In this document: positions 33,596 through 46,499 of the stretch, one piece after another
Numbering within the stretch: position 1 is the first letter of the stretch
Layout of the letters: the number at the start of each line of letters is the position of its first letter
NCBI GenBank assembly: GCA_001643675.2
Contig: LSRY02000033.1
Span: 682,001 to 746,000 of the forward strand
Reading direction: 5' to 3'
DNA from: Monocercomonoides exilis PA203
Lineage: Eukaryota > Protista > Preaxostyla
DNA length: 64,000 bases
Notes under the pieces: generated by a model
What the model was told of the DNA's origin: nothing
The model's input: the letters and a program-made list of their open reading frames with translations, nothing else
Databases searched by the model: none
Position numbers and translations under genes: made by a program

Positions 33596-36500
33596 AAAAC
33601 AGGATAAGAAAGACAATCCCACTGCTTTTGTTGGAAATGAGCAAATGAAAGCATTCTAAGTGCAAGAAAATGAAAGAGAAAATATTCTGATGAAGCTCTT
33701 TTATCCCCACCGAAATGTGTGCATGTGCATGTGTGTGTCTTCAGAACAAATTATCATTTTTCATTGTGATGATGATTAATTGGCTTTTGCATCGCTGCAG
33801 CGTTGCTGTTATCATTGAATCAAAATCGGTTGACCTCGCGTTCAACAAGCACAAAACGAGGAAGGTGCGAGCACAATCCCCGAAGCATCTGATTGCCGAG
33901 CTGGCGCACAGACCAGAACAGATAAATGTCAGCTGTGTTCCTGGTTCTGTTGCTGTCGGAGCAGGCGAAGGGCTCGGGGTGGAAAAAGCGAAAGGATGCT
34001 TGCGTGGTGAGAACTCCCGCCATCGAGTGCGATGTGTTTGTTGGAGCCGGAAGCACATTGTTCTTTGAAACAGGATTTGTGAGCCAGCTCCATTCCTTTG
34101 TGTCTTTGCATATGCACGCATGCACACATGCAGTTATGAATGCTATTTGCCTTTCTCACACAGCAGCCTTGAAATGGATCGAAACTCCTGCCAAGACACC
34201 AGGGAAAAAGAAAAAACAAAACAAAAAGATTTCTGCATGTTTGTTGATTTCCACGAACTGAGGAGGGAAAAAAATAATTTTCATAAATATTTTGGCAGAA
34301 TCTGCGCATCTGCACCCCGTCGAAAACGAAAAAGGTTGGCCAGCAAAACAAAAACACAAAAACACAAAAACACAAAAATAAACGCGGAAAAGACAGGGTG
34401 ATTGTGAGATCACACGTTGTCTGGAGGGAGGTGCGCAGAAGCGAAGTGGCGATGCTGCTGGCCTGGGAACGCAACACAAACACGAAAAACTCGCATCGCT
34501 GAGGATGCCACAAAAAAGATAAATAATAATAAAAACAACTGTTTCAGATGCTTCTTTCCTCATTTCTTTCCATTCCCCTCCTTTATTTTTGTTTTTTTCT
34601 TTTTTCCCTCTTTCATCAAGGGATGCAGGAGGGAGCCAGTCAGAACGAGGTGAGTGCCTGGGAGACAGCAGAGGCCGGCAAAGCAGAGGGAGGAGGGACG
34701 GCAGCGGGGTCGAGGAGGTCGATTGCGTCGGAGGCGGTGATCATGGCAGAGGCAGGCGGAAAGAGGGCGATGAAGGCCTTCTTGAGGTCGAGGAGGGTGG
34801 GCCTGGCGTGGGGCTGCTGGGAGGTTGCGGCGCAGGCAGTGTGGGCGAGGGGGATGTCGTGGGAGGTGCAGGGGGCTGGCCTCTCTCCGTTTGAGATCTT
34901 GCGGCCGGCTGCTTCGGCCTCGTACTCTGCGAACGGGATCTGGAGCGTGAGGCACTCCCACACCATCATCCCGATGGAGAACACCACAGTCTTCTTTGTC
35001 GCGTGGCTCTTTGCGCCGCTCAGCAGCTCCGGCGCCTTCCACCTCAGACACTCTTTCTTGTAATCGTCCTCGTCTTCAAAGGCAGACGAGGGCAGAGAGT
35101 CTCTATCATCATCACTTGTTGATGTGACAACAGTTGACGAAGAGATGGAGGATGAATCAGAATCTGAAGAAGAGCAATCGGAGTGGAGAGCAATGCAGAT
35201 GACCATGTGCTCGGAGAACAGCACGATGTGGGGGCTGAGGTTGGCAAGAGAAGAAAGAGGATTTTCCATTTCGTCGAAGGAGTGGAGGGCGAGGTTGGCC
35301 ACCCAGAACAGGATCTGGGCAGCTGTCATCTGCCGCTCCTGGAGAGTGCCGATCGCCATCTCCTTTGTCTTGTTCCTCCCATGCAGCAGCATGAACATCG
35401 AATCCCTCAGATCCACAATCAGCTTCTCGTGAGGCGAGGAGCAGGCCATGGCATCCACCAGATTCGACATGGACGATGTGGTGGGGCACAGATCCTCCCC
35501 CCGAACAAACGTGGATTCTGTGTCTGATGTGTCTGTGGTTGAAGTGGATGAGATGGATGGTGAAGGAGATCTCTTTCTCACCTCTTCTTCATCATCAACC
35601 TTCTCCAGCACCCATTCGGGGATCTTGTCTGAGTCTTTCCCCAATATATATTCAGTGGAGCCACTCTCGCTCAACAAATGCTCAGATGACTCTGAATGAC
35701 CCAAGCTTTTCGCATACACCCTCTTCTTGATCCTCTCTTCATTCTTCTTCTCTGCCTCCCTCTCTGCTCTCCTCCACTGCTCCTCGGGAGACATCTCCAT
35801 CGTCACCATCTCAAACGCCTTCGGATCCTTCCTCACTGTGTCTTCCACAATCACTTCCAACTCTTCTGTTCTTCTCTTTTGCTTTCTCCATCGAATTACA
35901 AACAAAATAAATCCAATGAAAACAATCAAGAACATCACAACAAGCACAATCACAACCAACAGCCAATAAGATTTCTCTTCTTTTCCTCCCTCAACAACCC
36001 TTTCGTCTCCATTTGCCTTGGGCACGCTTCTGTTCTTCAGGATGAAGGAATCGGTCGAAGAAGGGCGATCTGCATCCCCAAACAGAATGCACACACTCAC
36101 CTCTATCTCATCTCCGCAGCTGCTGACGAGGTCCTTTGCCACGCTCCCTTCGGCTTCTGTTTCCGACAGGAACCCGTCGGGATCGAAGTTGTGCTTCTCG
36201 ATCTCCTTCTCTTCGCCGTTGCTCTTCACAACAGCGAAGGACAGATTGCAGGGAGCGAGGAGCAGTCCGCTGAACGTGAGAGCCATGGCGTCAGGTGTGT
36301 GGTTGGCTTGCACGCTGTGGAGCACAGGGACGAAGAGCGGGGAAGGGTGGTGAGCGGGGATGCCGTGGAGGGTGCATCCGCGGTTGAGGAGCCACAGGGA
36401 GGAGGCGGGGAGGAAGGGGTCGCCAGGCCAGAGGGAGGGGATGGTGAGGGTGCAGGCATCGGAGCAGATGATGTTGCGGCGGGCAGAGGGGTAATTGGGG

Positions 36501-39500
36501 ATGGCGGGGCTGTTGTTGGCGAACTCGCAGCGGTCGACACGGATGCTGCCGGCAGCTGCAGAGAGTGCGCCCAGCTGTGCGCCAGAGATGGTTGTGTCTT
36601 TGAGGACAGCTGTGGTGCTCTGGCAGTGGATGAGAGAGGCATTCCATTCGCAGACACTCTCTGGTTCCCCGGGTGCATCTGGCTCAATGGTCACTCTGCT
36701 GCTGCTGCTGCTGTTGCTGGTGTCTGGTGAGTTGCTGGTGAAGGCTTGTGGCGGCTGGGGGGCGCCTCCATTTATTGAGCAGGCCTCGAGTGTGACTGAA
36801 GGGCAATGGGAGAACAGGGCTGCACGCCCAAGGGCAGAGGGAGCGCCGCTCTGGGCGATGGTGCAGTTTGCGAGATAGACTGGAGCTGTGGTGGGGTTGC
36901 ACTGGCACACGCTGCAGCCGAGCTGGGTGAGCGAGATGGCAGTGAAGACGGAGTGCATCATGCTGAAGGAGCCTTCTGGCTGATCTGATTCTAAAGAAGA
37001 AGAAGAAGAAGGGGGATTGGCCAGGGGATTGAGAAGAACAACACTGCCCGTTGTGACAGCAAGATCTGTGGCGATGAGATGGTCGATGGAGCAGCTGGAG
37101 CCATCGTCGAGCAGGAGCACAGGGGAGGCAGCACTGAGGGCAGAGAGGTTGGCGTGGGAGAGGAAGAGGGAGGAAGCGGGGAGAGCACGAAGAGCAGGGC
37201 AGGCGAGGTGGAGGGAATGGACAGATATGTTGGAGAGGCGAAGGGTGCCTCGGGAAGCACAAAGGAGGGTGGAGTTGAGGCGGACAGGCTGGTCGGCTGC
37301 GGAAAAGAGGGAGGAGGACACAGCGAGGGATCCGTCGAGGAGGGAGAAGAGGGAGGAGTGGGCAGATGCGAAGGAGGAGTGGAAGGAGAAGTGGCAGTGG
37401 GTGAGGATGCAGGTGTTGAGAAAGGCGACAACAGCAGAGCGGTCTGAAGACAGATCAGAAGAAATGGGGATGGGGGTGGCGAAGTGCACAGGGACAAGAC
37501 TCGCAGAGACAGACTCGACGCGGATGTCAGCAAGGGAGGTCGGGGCGTCGAAGGAGGAGGAGGAGCAGATCCAGAGGATGTTGCCGATGGAAGGGGCGAT
37601 GTGGAGGACGGCTGTGGAGAGGGAGGCGCAGGGGGCAAGCAGGGAGCCGCACTGGCGGGCAGAGGAGCCGGTGTCCTGGTCGACGAATATCTGGTGGGCG
37701 CGGTAGAAGGTGATGAAGGGGAGGAGGTCGACATCGAGGTCGACATCGAGGTCGGGGTCGGTGTGGGAGGAGTCGGAGCCGCAGATGGAGGTGTTGGTGG
37801 CGAGAGAGGGCTGGGTGAAGTCGAGGGAAAAGAGGGACTCGTTGATCTGGGCAGGGATGGAGGAGCACCGGAGAAAGAGGTCCTTTCCTCTGAAGGCGTC
37901 GTTGAGGGCGAAGCGGAGGTTGAGGATGGAGAGGGGGATGGGAGGAGCGCCAGCAGGGCGGGAGCAGTCGAGGAAGAGGCCGCCGCCCCTGCCGGCTGTG
38001 CGGGAGCAGATGCACTGGGTGAGGATGCAGGCAGACACGCGCAGCTGCGACTTGTCGCAGTCGAGGCACACCATTGCGGCTCCGCCCTCGGCAGACTCTT
38101 CGCTCACGCAGCTGGTGAGCACACACGCCTCGGCAGCACAGTCGATGGCACATCCCCTCTCTGCACACACCAGAGCCGGCCCGTTGCCTGTGCGCACGAT
38201 GTTGGTGATGTTGGCAGAGTCCAGAACGATGGCTGTCCTGGGGTCTGGGGCAGCCAAGCCAGCCAAGCCAGCCAAGCCAGTCGAAGCAGCCAGAGCAGGT
38301 GGATAGATGGACACGAGGGGAGTGCCAGCGAGCAAAGAGGAGGAGACCGAGAGGGATGTGAGTGTCGCAGAAGTGGATGCATCATTTATTTCGAGGAAAG
38401 GGCGCGACAAGGACACGGAGGCGAGGGTGCAGTGGTCGAGAGAGACACGCCCTTGTGCTGCCAGCACGATCACATAGGCAAGGGGTGTTTGGGGGGTGAG
38501 CATGGAGAAGGAGCAGCACTGCAAAAGGAGAGCAGCGTCTGGGGCAGATGTCAGGATGAAGGAGGAGTGGTGGGGGAAAGCAGAAGGGAGGAGGAAGGAG
38601 ATGGCGTCGATGGCGAGGTCGACAGAAGAGGCGAGGAAGGCGTCGGATTGGCTGGGTGTGGGATCGGAGACGTGGACCGGGGTGTCTGGGGTGCAGCCGT
38701 GGAGGCGAAGAGACGGGAGGGAGGTGGGCGAGGGGGAGGTGGGGGCAGGGGGAGGAGGAGGAGGAGAGGCTCGGAGATGGAGGAGTGGGAGGCGATGGAG
38801 AGGGTGGAGGAGGGAGGGGAAGCGGGGTGAGCCTGAGGGAAAGGGCGTGAGGGATGGTCAGGCAGGGAGCAGCAGAGTGCCCGCATGCACTGAAGTCGAA
38901 GCCTGTGTCTCCGTCGACAAACACGTGGGTGGTGATGTTGGTCCAGAAATACACGGCAAGCGGGATGGGGCGGCTGGGATCGGCTGTGGCCAGCTCGAAT
39001 CCGCCGAGCTCGTCGAGGGTGCTGAGGTCGGCGCTGGTCATGGCCCAGTTGAAATGGGCGGCATCAGCCACTGCGGACAGCACGGTGGCGGACACAAACA
39101 CCTTTCTGCCCTTCCACGCATCGCATCTGGCAAACACCACGTGCTCGAGGGCAAACAGCCTGGCGGCATCTGCCTCCCCCACGAACACCGCGCCGCCCAG
39201 GCCACGGGTCTGTGCCTGGCCTCCGCCAGCCGCAGCAGCAGCAGCGGCGGCAGCGCAGTCCTCGAAGGTCGAGCCGTTTATCAGCAGGACTGCCCCGGCT
39301 GCCAGCTCGGCTGCAACGCCGCCTCCTCTGGCCTCGCTGCCTCTGGCGCTGCACCTCGCCACTGTGCAGTTCTCCATCTCCAGCCTTGCACTGCCTCCTC
39401 CGACCCCAGCCATCTTCACACACCCCCCGTCTCCGCTCCCCTTCTCCCCGCCCCCAATCACACACCCGCTGCACTCCACCACGCTGCTGCTCCCTGTGCA

Positions 39501-42500
39501 CTCCATCAGCGAAAACATGGTGTTTGCCACCTCGCCCAGTGTTTCGAACTCGCTCAGCACCAGCCTCCCCGAGCGAACAGCGATCAGCGCGAAGGTCAGC
39601 TGCTCCTCGCTGCCATCGCCAGGTGCTGTGGCTCCGTCGTGCTTGTGCACAGCGCTGCAGCTGGCCATCCGCAGGCTGCCAGCCCCTGCCACCTCGACCA
39701 GGGCTGTGGCTGAGCCGAGCGAGGCCGGCACAGCAAAGCGGATGTCTGCGATGGCTGCCTCGGTGCTGACTGCGACGAGCGAGGGCGACGAAAAGCCCGG
39801 AGGCGCACCAACAGGCACCTCCATCCCTTTGCGCACACACGAGATGCTCCAAGCATGTGCATCGGCAGCAAGCCTCTCGCAGAGCTGGAAGCCCTCATCG
39901 AGCAGGATGGCAGGGTCAGCAGCGGGGAAGCGGGTGCGGGCAGCATGGGGGATGGTGAGGCAGGGGAAGAAGGAGAAGCCGCAGAAGGGGGTGTTGGATG
40001 CGCGGGAGGGCTGGCCAGCCACATGAGCAGCGCCTGGGAACGGGACAAGAAACACTGCGAGGGTGAACGGGGCAACCTCTGGCAGCGCGCGATCGACACC
40101 CATGAGGTCGTCGGCAGAGGATTGGTCGAAGGGGAAGCAGAAGGTGGAGGTGCTGATCTTGGCCGGGGTGAGGGCGCACCCGTTCACAAACACATTGGCG
40201 CCTCCCAGCGCAGCCTCGCAGCCACCAAACACAACCCCGTCCAGCAGGAGTGTGCCGAAGCCCTCGGCCAAGTCCAGATACACCGCCCCGCCATATCCGC
40301 TGCTCTTGCACCTGCTGAACAGTGCCTCGCCTCCACTCCCATCATCACCACCATTTGTGCCATGAGAGGCTCTGGTGGTGTTGCTGTTGTGGCTGTGATG
40401 GCGCACAAGAGGCAGGGTGCACCCCGAGCTGGCTGACGCGTTCACTGTGAAGCAGCCTCTGCCTCGGAGCCTGGCACATATTGCCCCGCCGCCACTCCCA
40501 TCCCCTTCTGCACAGCAGTCCTCAAAGACACACCCAGATATCGCTTGTGCAGCATCCCCTTCGTTTGTGTTGGCACTGGCACTGGCACTGGCAATGCTGT
40601 CTCCATCCTCCTCCACATCCTCCTCCTCCTCGAGGACAATGGCTCCCCCGCACCCCGAGGATCGCACAATGTGTGCACACACAGTGCACTCCACAGCAGC
40701 AGTGCAGCGCCTCCCGACCCAGATTGCACTCGCGCTGTCCAGCACCAGCGCTGTGACGGTGCATCTGGTGATCCGCCCTGCCCCTCTGTGCAGCACAACA
40801 ACCGGCGAGCGGAACCGGTTGGCAGCCGAGTGGCCGGCGCCGGTGATGGTGCACTCGGCCACAGCCACTGCGCCCTCGTCCCCGTCCAGCACCAGCAGCG
40901 GTGTGGCTGGGCACACGCCCCAGTCGGCCACCAGCACCAGCTGCGCCAGCTCCAGCGCGCCGCTGGCTGTGGCAAACAGCACTGCGCCGGTGGTGTTGCA
41001 CCGCACCTCGGCCGGGCTGGCTGGGTCTTTGCTGCTGATGCGGATGTGTGTCTGGGCCACTGCCACGCCCGGCTCTTGGTACGACCCGGGGAGGACGGCG
41101 ATTGGCTGCGGGGCATCTGAGGCATCTGGGGCAGGTGGGGCAGGTGGGGCAGGTGGGGCGAGTCTGGTGAGGGCGTGGGCGATGGTGGCGCACTCGCTGC
41201 CGAGCTCGCCACAGTGGGGCGTGTCGCCTCCCGAGGCGCGGGCAGGCTGGGCCACATGGATGGTGGAATAGGTCGGGGCGCGGATGAAGTCGGCCTCGTA
41301 GCCGGCGGTGCAGGGGCGGAAGCCGGCCGTGCACACAAAGCTGCGGATGCCTGTGCTGAGCGAGTAGCAGTGCTCAAAGTGCGTGGAGTTCACCACCCCG
41401 TCCCATCCCTCCCCACACCCGAAGTCTGCCCCCGAATACTGATCTGTGCATGTGTTGTTCATGAAAAACAGAAACCTGCTTTGTGGAGGAAATCTCGATG
41501 TTCCTTGATGCAATACAAAAGCACTTCCACAATATGATGCTGTTAAGTTGTTGAACAAACAACTTGTGATGATAGTGCTGTTATTATTTATGTTACTTAG
41601 AAGGATTCCACCAGTATCGTATGTTGCATATGAATGAGAAAATGTGTTATTGGAGAAAATAAAAATTGTTTTGATGCTGAATACTCCGACACATCCATAA
41701 TAATTATTTGAATGGCATTCTGTGCACATGCAGTTTTCAGCAAAAAAATTATCCGAGCCAGAAACACGAAATGAACCTGCATCAACTCCCGCACTGCAAT
41801 TTGTGATAATGCTTTCATATATTTTGCACATTCGAACATTTATCACATCTATTGCGCCTCCATGATTTTTGCAAGAGCAATGAGAAAATTTACACCTTGC
41901 AATGATCAAGCTGTTTGCATTGTTAACATAAATAGCACCTCCATCATTTGCCGTTTCGCTCACCTCGAACTCATCATCATCAAACACAATCTCCTCCTCA
42001 TCCGAAGACTCGATGACAGTTCTGTTTGTGATCTTGTTGTTCGAGATCCTGGAGAATGAGCTGTTGAAGGATCGAAACGAGTGGCTTGTGAGATGGAGTG
42101 GGAAAATGGAGGAAAGCGGGTCTGTTGCCACATCACACACACAACTGGCAGCATCACAGCTCCTGAAGCATGGGTTTGGGTGTTGCTGGGTGGAGGTGTG
42201 GGCAAGGGATGTGATGTTGGAAAACACACAGTGCGAGAGGGAGAGCGAAGAGGCAGCACCACAAACAAGAAATGGGTGAGGGTGGGGGTGGGACAGAGCA
42301 TGAAAAGAGCAACCCTTGAAGCGGGTGTGGCTGTTCCCTGATGCACACACAAGGCTGCTCGACAATTCATGTGCCAGCCCAGCATGTTCGAGGGTTGTGT
42401 TGCAAAACAACAAAAACCCAGATGATGCAAAGGGTGGTGAATTGGGCTGCTCAAGCAGGAGGACCACACTCCCCATTTCACATTGCGATTTGCCATCGAT

Positions 42501-42977
42501 TTCGATGAATGAGGGATGCGAATGGAGAGGGATGGAGAGTGTGCTCAACACCAATGAGGAGTTGCACAGAACCATTGATGAGTTTCGAATGTGAGTGTCA
42601 AGCCACAAGCACCGACCAACATTACATATTTCGAGAGTTTTGAATGGATTAATATGAGAATTTACAGTGTTTTGTTCATCATATGGAATGGCATTGTCGT
42701 TGTTGCGATTATTCAGACATTTCCCGATTTCCTTTTCGCAACAACTGTTTTCATTTTGGGTGAATGCAAATGGAAGAGTGCACAAAAAGAAGTGCAGGAT
42801 GGAAATCATTGAGTTTTGAGACTGCCTTCGAAACAAAAGTTAGCTGCGAGACTATTAATTGCGACTCTCACAGACAAGGGGAATATTGAAATGATTTTCG
42901 TTCAATGTTGAAAAATCTTCAATACCATTATTTGAATCATCACAATGCAAAAAAACAATGTGTTGAAAATATTATGG
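33596..42977 (-). repeat. Right arm of the inverted duplication (spacer 32840-33595)
   Basis: Near-perfect reverse complement of 23452-32839. Confidence 0.95.
34640..42809 (-). pseudogene. Copy B of the surface receptor-pseudokinase, frameshifted by two 1-nt homopolymer deletions (~38750, ~38813); either a true pseudogene or a sequencing error
   Basis: ORFs 38382-42836 and 34640-38524 together reproduce copy A. On the coding strand, CCCCCC becomes CCCCC and CCCC becomes CCC relative to copy A. Confidence 0.7.
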
Positions 42978-43353
42978 GAAGAGCTTTAATGTTAGGCTCA
43001 TATTTTTTATTTCAAAATTGTACATTTATTTTTTTGAGTATCAAGTAATACATTAAATGGATATGTTATTCAAAAATTAAAGAGATGATTTTTAAGGAAT
43101 GTTAAAACCAAAAATGACGCTGTTGAATTGATGCAATTCCAGCACACCAGTGCATAATCTGCGTTATTGAAATAAAAGCAAAACACAAAAGTTCGATAAA
43201 AAAAAATAAAAAAAAAAAAAAAAAAAGGAATGACATGAAAAACAAAAATAGAAAAATGGAAAAGAATTGAACTTTCTTGTTGAACCTGAAATTCTCGCAT
43301 TTGTGACTTTTCAAAAAGAAAAACACAAACAAAAATTTGACACAAAATTAAAG

Positions 43354-43389
<36 letters not shown>

Positions 43390-45650
43390 AGAATTTTCCG
43401 TGTTCAACATTAGTGGAACCCACATTTTTCGAGATTCTTCTTTTCAAACAATGACCATTTCACTCTTCCAGATAACCTTAAATGAATTAGTGATTCTCAC
43501 AGCTTCAAAAAAAAAAGTTGACACACTTTGGTGATTATTCTGGATATATATTTTTTTGGAATGCAAATAAAAAAAGATTCAATATTTGTGAACTGTTTGT
43601 TCTTTATGAAGCATTTTTTTCACCACAATTCAAACAAAAAATTACAATATTTTATTATTATAAAAACGAATGAAATGAAATCAAAAAATTGAGTTATCAA
43701 TTTTAGTCTCCTCATGAGATTTTTTTTTTTTTTTTGTATTTTCTTATCGAGAATCTTATTTAAAAAAATTGATTCAAAAAATAACACCAATTCGAAAAGT
43801 ATTCAAAATAAGCAGTTGAATATTTATATCCATTAGTAGTTGGTTAACGCATTGGTAATTATTTTTGAAATCAAATTTTTTCTGTCGACGTTTTATTTGA
43901 GGTGAATAATTATTTTTGAAATCATTTTTTTTATCGGTGTGTTGATTTTTCAATGATTGTAAGTTTTTTGAAAGAAAATTTTATTTCAAAACAGTGAAAG
44001 CATAATAATTGTTTTTTGAAACAAATGCTTTTTCCAAATTGAAGATTAAAATGTGTTCAATAAGCTTTTTCACTTTTCAAATTATTTTTTTATTGATATT
44101 CAAGAAATATGGCAAAATTTTTTTGAAAAGTTCCACGACTTTAATTTTGTCCCACAAAAGATCGCAAATGATCAAATTATCTTGATCATTCCGTTCCCAT
44201 AAAAAATTAATATTTTAAATTTATTACTATTTTCTGAGCTAATGTTTGATGAATTAGTTAAAAATATGAAGGAAGCATATTAACATCAACCTTATAATGG
44301 AATGCACTTCGATAAGAAGCTATTTTCTGTTCATTTGTTACAAACTTTTAATTTGGTTAACTCTCTTTGTTTTCATATCAATATTTACGAAATTTAAAAC
44401 AGATTGAACGGTAATACCCGAATCAATTAACAATTCTTCCTTTCTATTAGAAGAATTTGAAAAATGAGCTTTGAAATTCAAGGTTGTGGATATTTTTAGA
44501 ATTATGAATTTTCAAACAAAGCATAAAAAAATGCTCATGATCAATTGATAGAAGACGATCCTTATCTCGTTCAAAGTTCTGTATTTGCATTTATTGAAAA
44601 TTTTGTTGTTTTAAACCAAAATTAAAAAAATAGTTCAAAAATTAAAATTTTCTATGAAAAAATAATATTGCCGAGTAAGATAAAAAAGGAATTATGTTAA
44701 AAATTTAATAAGGATTAATTTGTAGCATTGCACACTATTTATCTGTAACTGCACGTTGTGGTTCCCCATTACCATGTGAAATAACTTTTTGATCATTTCT
44801 TTATCTTTTCTGCATTGCTTTCATATCTTTGCACTTTCTTTCTTTTCACATTCCTTGAGATAATGCAGATATTCTTTTTCTTTTTTTTTTTTGCAAAAAA
44901 CATCTTCTCTCAAACGAGTTCATTCAAATTTTGAAATCTTCGCTTTGCAAGTGCATCTCAGTATTCTTCTTTTCCTTCACAAAATTCGTCAACCAAACCT
45001 TCTTTGCATTAAGAAGTTTGCTGTTCTTCCTCTCCACTCCATCCACAAAGAAATGATGAAAAGTTCGTATCTGCAACTGCAGGGGAGAAACTCATGTTGC
45101 TATCCTTGTTTTTGGCACTGCAACAGATCAGTTTTAACATTGGTAGTTGATAAATTGTTATCCTGACTTTCGTTTATACAATTGTTGGATTAGAAGCGGT
45201 TATCTTTTATCTTCTTTCCAAGTCGTCGTCTCCACTGCTGCTTCTGTCTCATCTTGCGCTGCAAATACCGTAAGGTTTCATTGATGCCTTATGCTTTCAG
45301 AAGTGTCACATCAGCAAGCAAGGTGGTACTTTCGGAGATGCTTTATATTCTTTTAGCGACACTTCTTTCATTGAATGTTGAATTTCAGTTTGCTAATCAA
45401 GAAGCAAATTGATCTTTGAAGCAACGGATGTGAATGCGTTTCCGTTTATCAACGATCTATTTGGCCCTTCAATGCATATATGGCGATCGTCTCAGTTGAA
45501 ATATTTGGGGGAGAAGTTGAAAGATGAAGTGATGGGGCGAGGGGTTGCAGTGTGTGAAGAGGTGGAGATTGTGGAGAAGAAGGCTGTAGGCTGCGGTTCT
45601 GAGGATGGAGGATGTGGTTCTGTTTCACGCAGAGATTGTGTTGGCGGCTC

Positions 45651-46170
45651 TTAAAGGAAGAGAAGAAGCAGAGGAAGGAGAAAGAAGAAGAAAAGAGGGA
45701 GGAAACCAAAAAGAAGGTGAAGAAGAAGAAGTTGCAGAAGAAGATGATGAAATAGCCAAAGCCAAAGTGAAAGAAGAAGAAGACAAATGAGAAGAAGACA
45801 AAGCAGGAGGAGAAGGAGCAGGAGAAGGTGGAATGGTATTCTTGTCGAGATATTGTGAAAGCTACTGAGAGAAAGAAGAGGAGGAAGAAGAGGAAGGATA
45901 AGAAGAAAGAGAAGAAGAAGAAAGAGAAGAAGAAGAAAGAGAAGAAGAAGAAAGAGAAGAAGAAGAAGTTGATGATGAAGAGGAAGAGGAGGAAGAAGAA
46001 ATCGGAGTGGTTGAAGAAGGAGGAGGAGAAGCAATTGGTGGCGTTTATATCGAAGATGATGGATATGATTGCTTCTGTGAAGATGAAGATTTTCCAGAAG
46101 AAATAGAAGAAGAAGAAGAAAGAGAAGTATAGGAGGAGGAAGAAAAGGAAGACGAGGAAGAAAAGGAGGT
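45651..46170. repeat. Purine-rich (GAA)n low-complexity tract with a 15-bp tandem unit AGAAGAAGAAGAAAG; may be a decayed Ser-rich coding fragment on the minus strand
   Basis: Directly visible; no long ORF. Confidence 0.7.
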
Positions 46171-46499
46171 TTTCAAAGATTATATTAGCATTTGTTGCTT
46201 AATTATAAAAAAACCCAATTATTTGAAAACAATAATAATAATTCTATTTATTTCTTAATTTTTTCTCATCAAGATTAACCTTCTTGTTTATCTCTTCTAC
46301 CATCAGCATCATCTTCCTCCTCTTCTCTTTCTTTGAAATCTTTCCTCTTTTTCCCTCTGCTGACTGATGAGCTGCCGCTCCTTTAGATTCAACTTCTTCG
46401 TTCTCATTTTCTTTATCTTTTTCCGCTTCTTCGTCATCTCGTAGATCTTCATCTTCCAAGCTGTTCTTTACTCAAGTTGTTACACCCTATCCCGCTCGT

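Noticed and set aside
31873-34563. Short mirrored ORFs (100-190 aa) in the 3' flanks of the twin genes
   Set aside because: No recognisable motifs, and the frames differ between arms because of a 1-nt T-run difference.
23613-42812. Dozens of overlapping ORFs on both strands of the duplicated gene
   Set aside because: These are shadow ORFs caused by GC-rich, stop-poor sequence, with no recognisable domains.
23452-42977. Pure fold-back sequencing artefact
   Set aside because: The arms carry coherent, frame-preserving differences (94-bp module, 9-bp indel, clustered 5' substitutions) and a unique spacer. A haplotype misjoin is not fully excluded.
43198-43390. Poly-A tracts as retroposon tails (also 50447-50504)
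   Set aside because: No TSD or associated element is visible; the 50.5-kb tract is a poly-T run inside an intron of the minus-strand BRCT gene.
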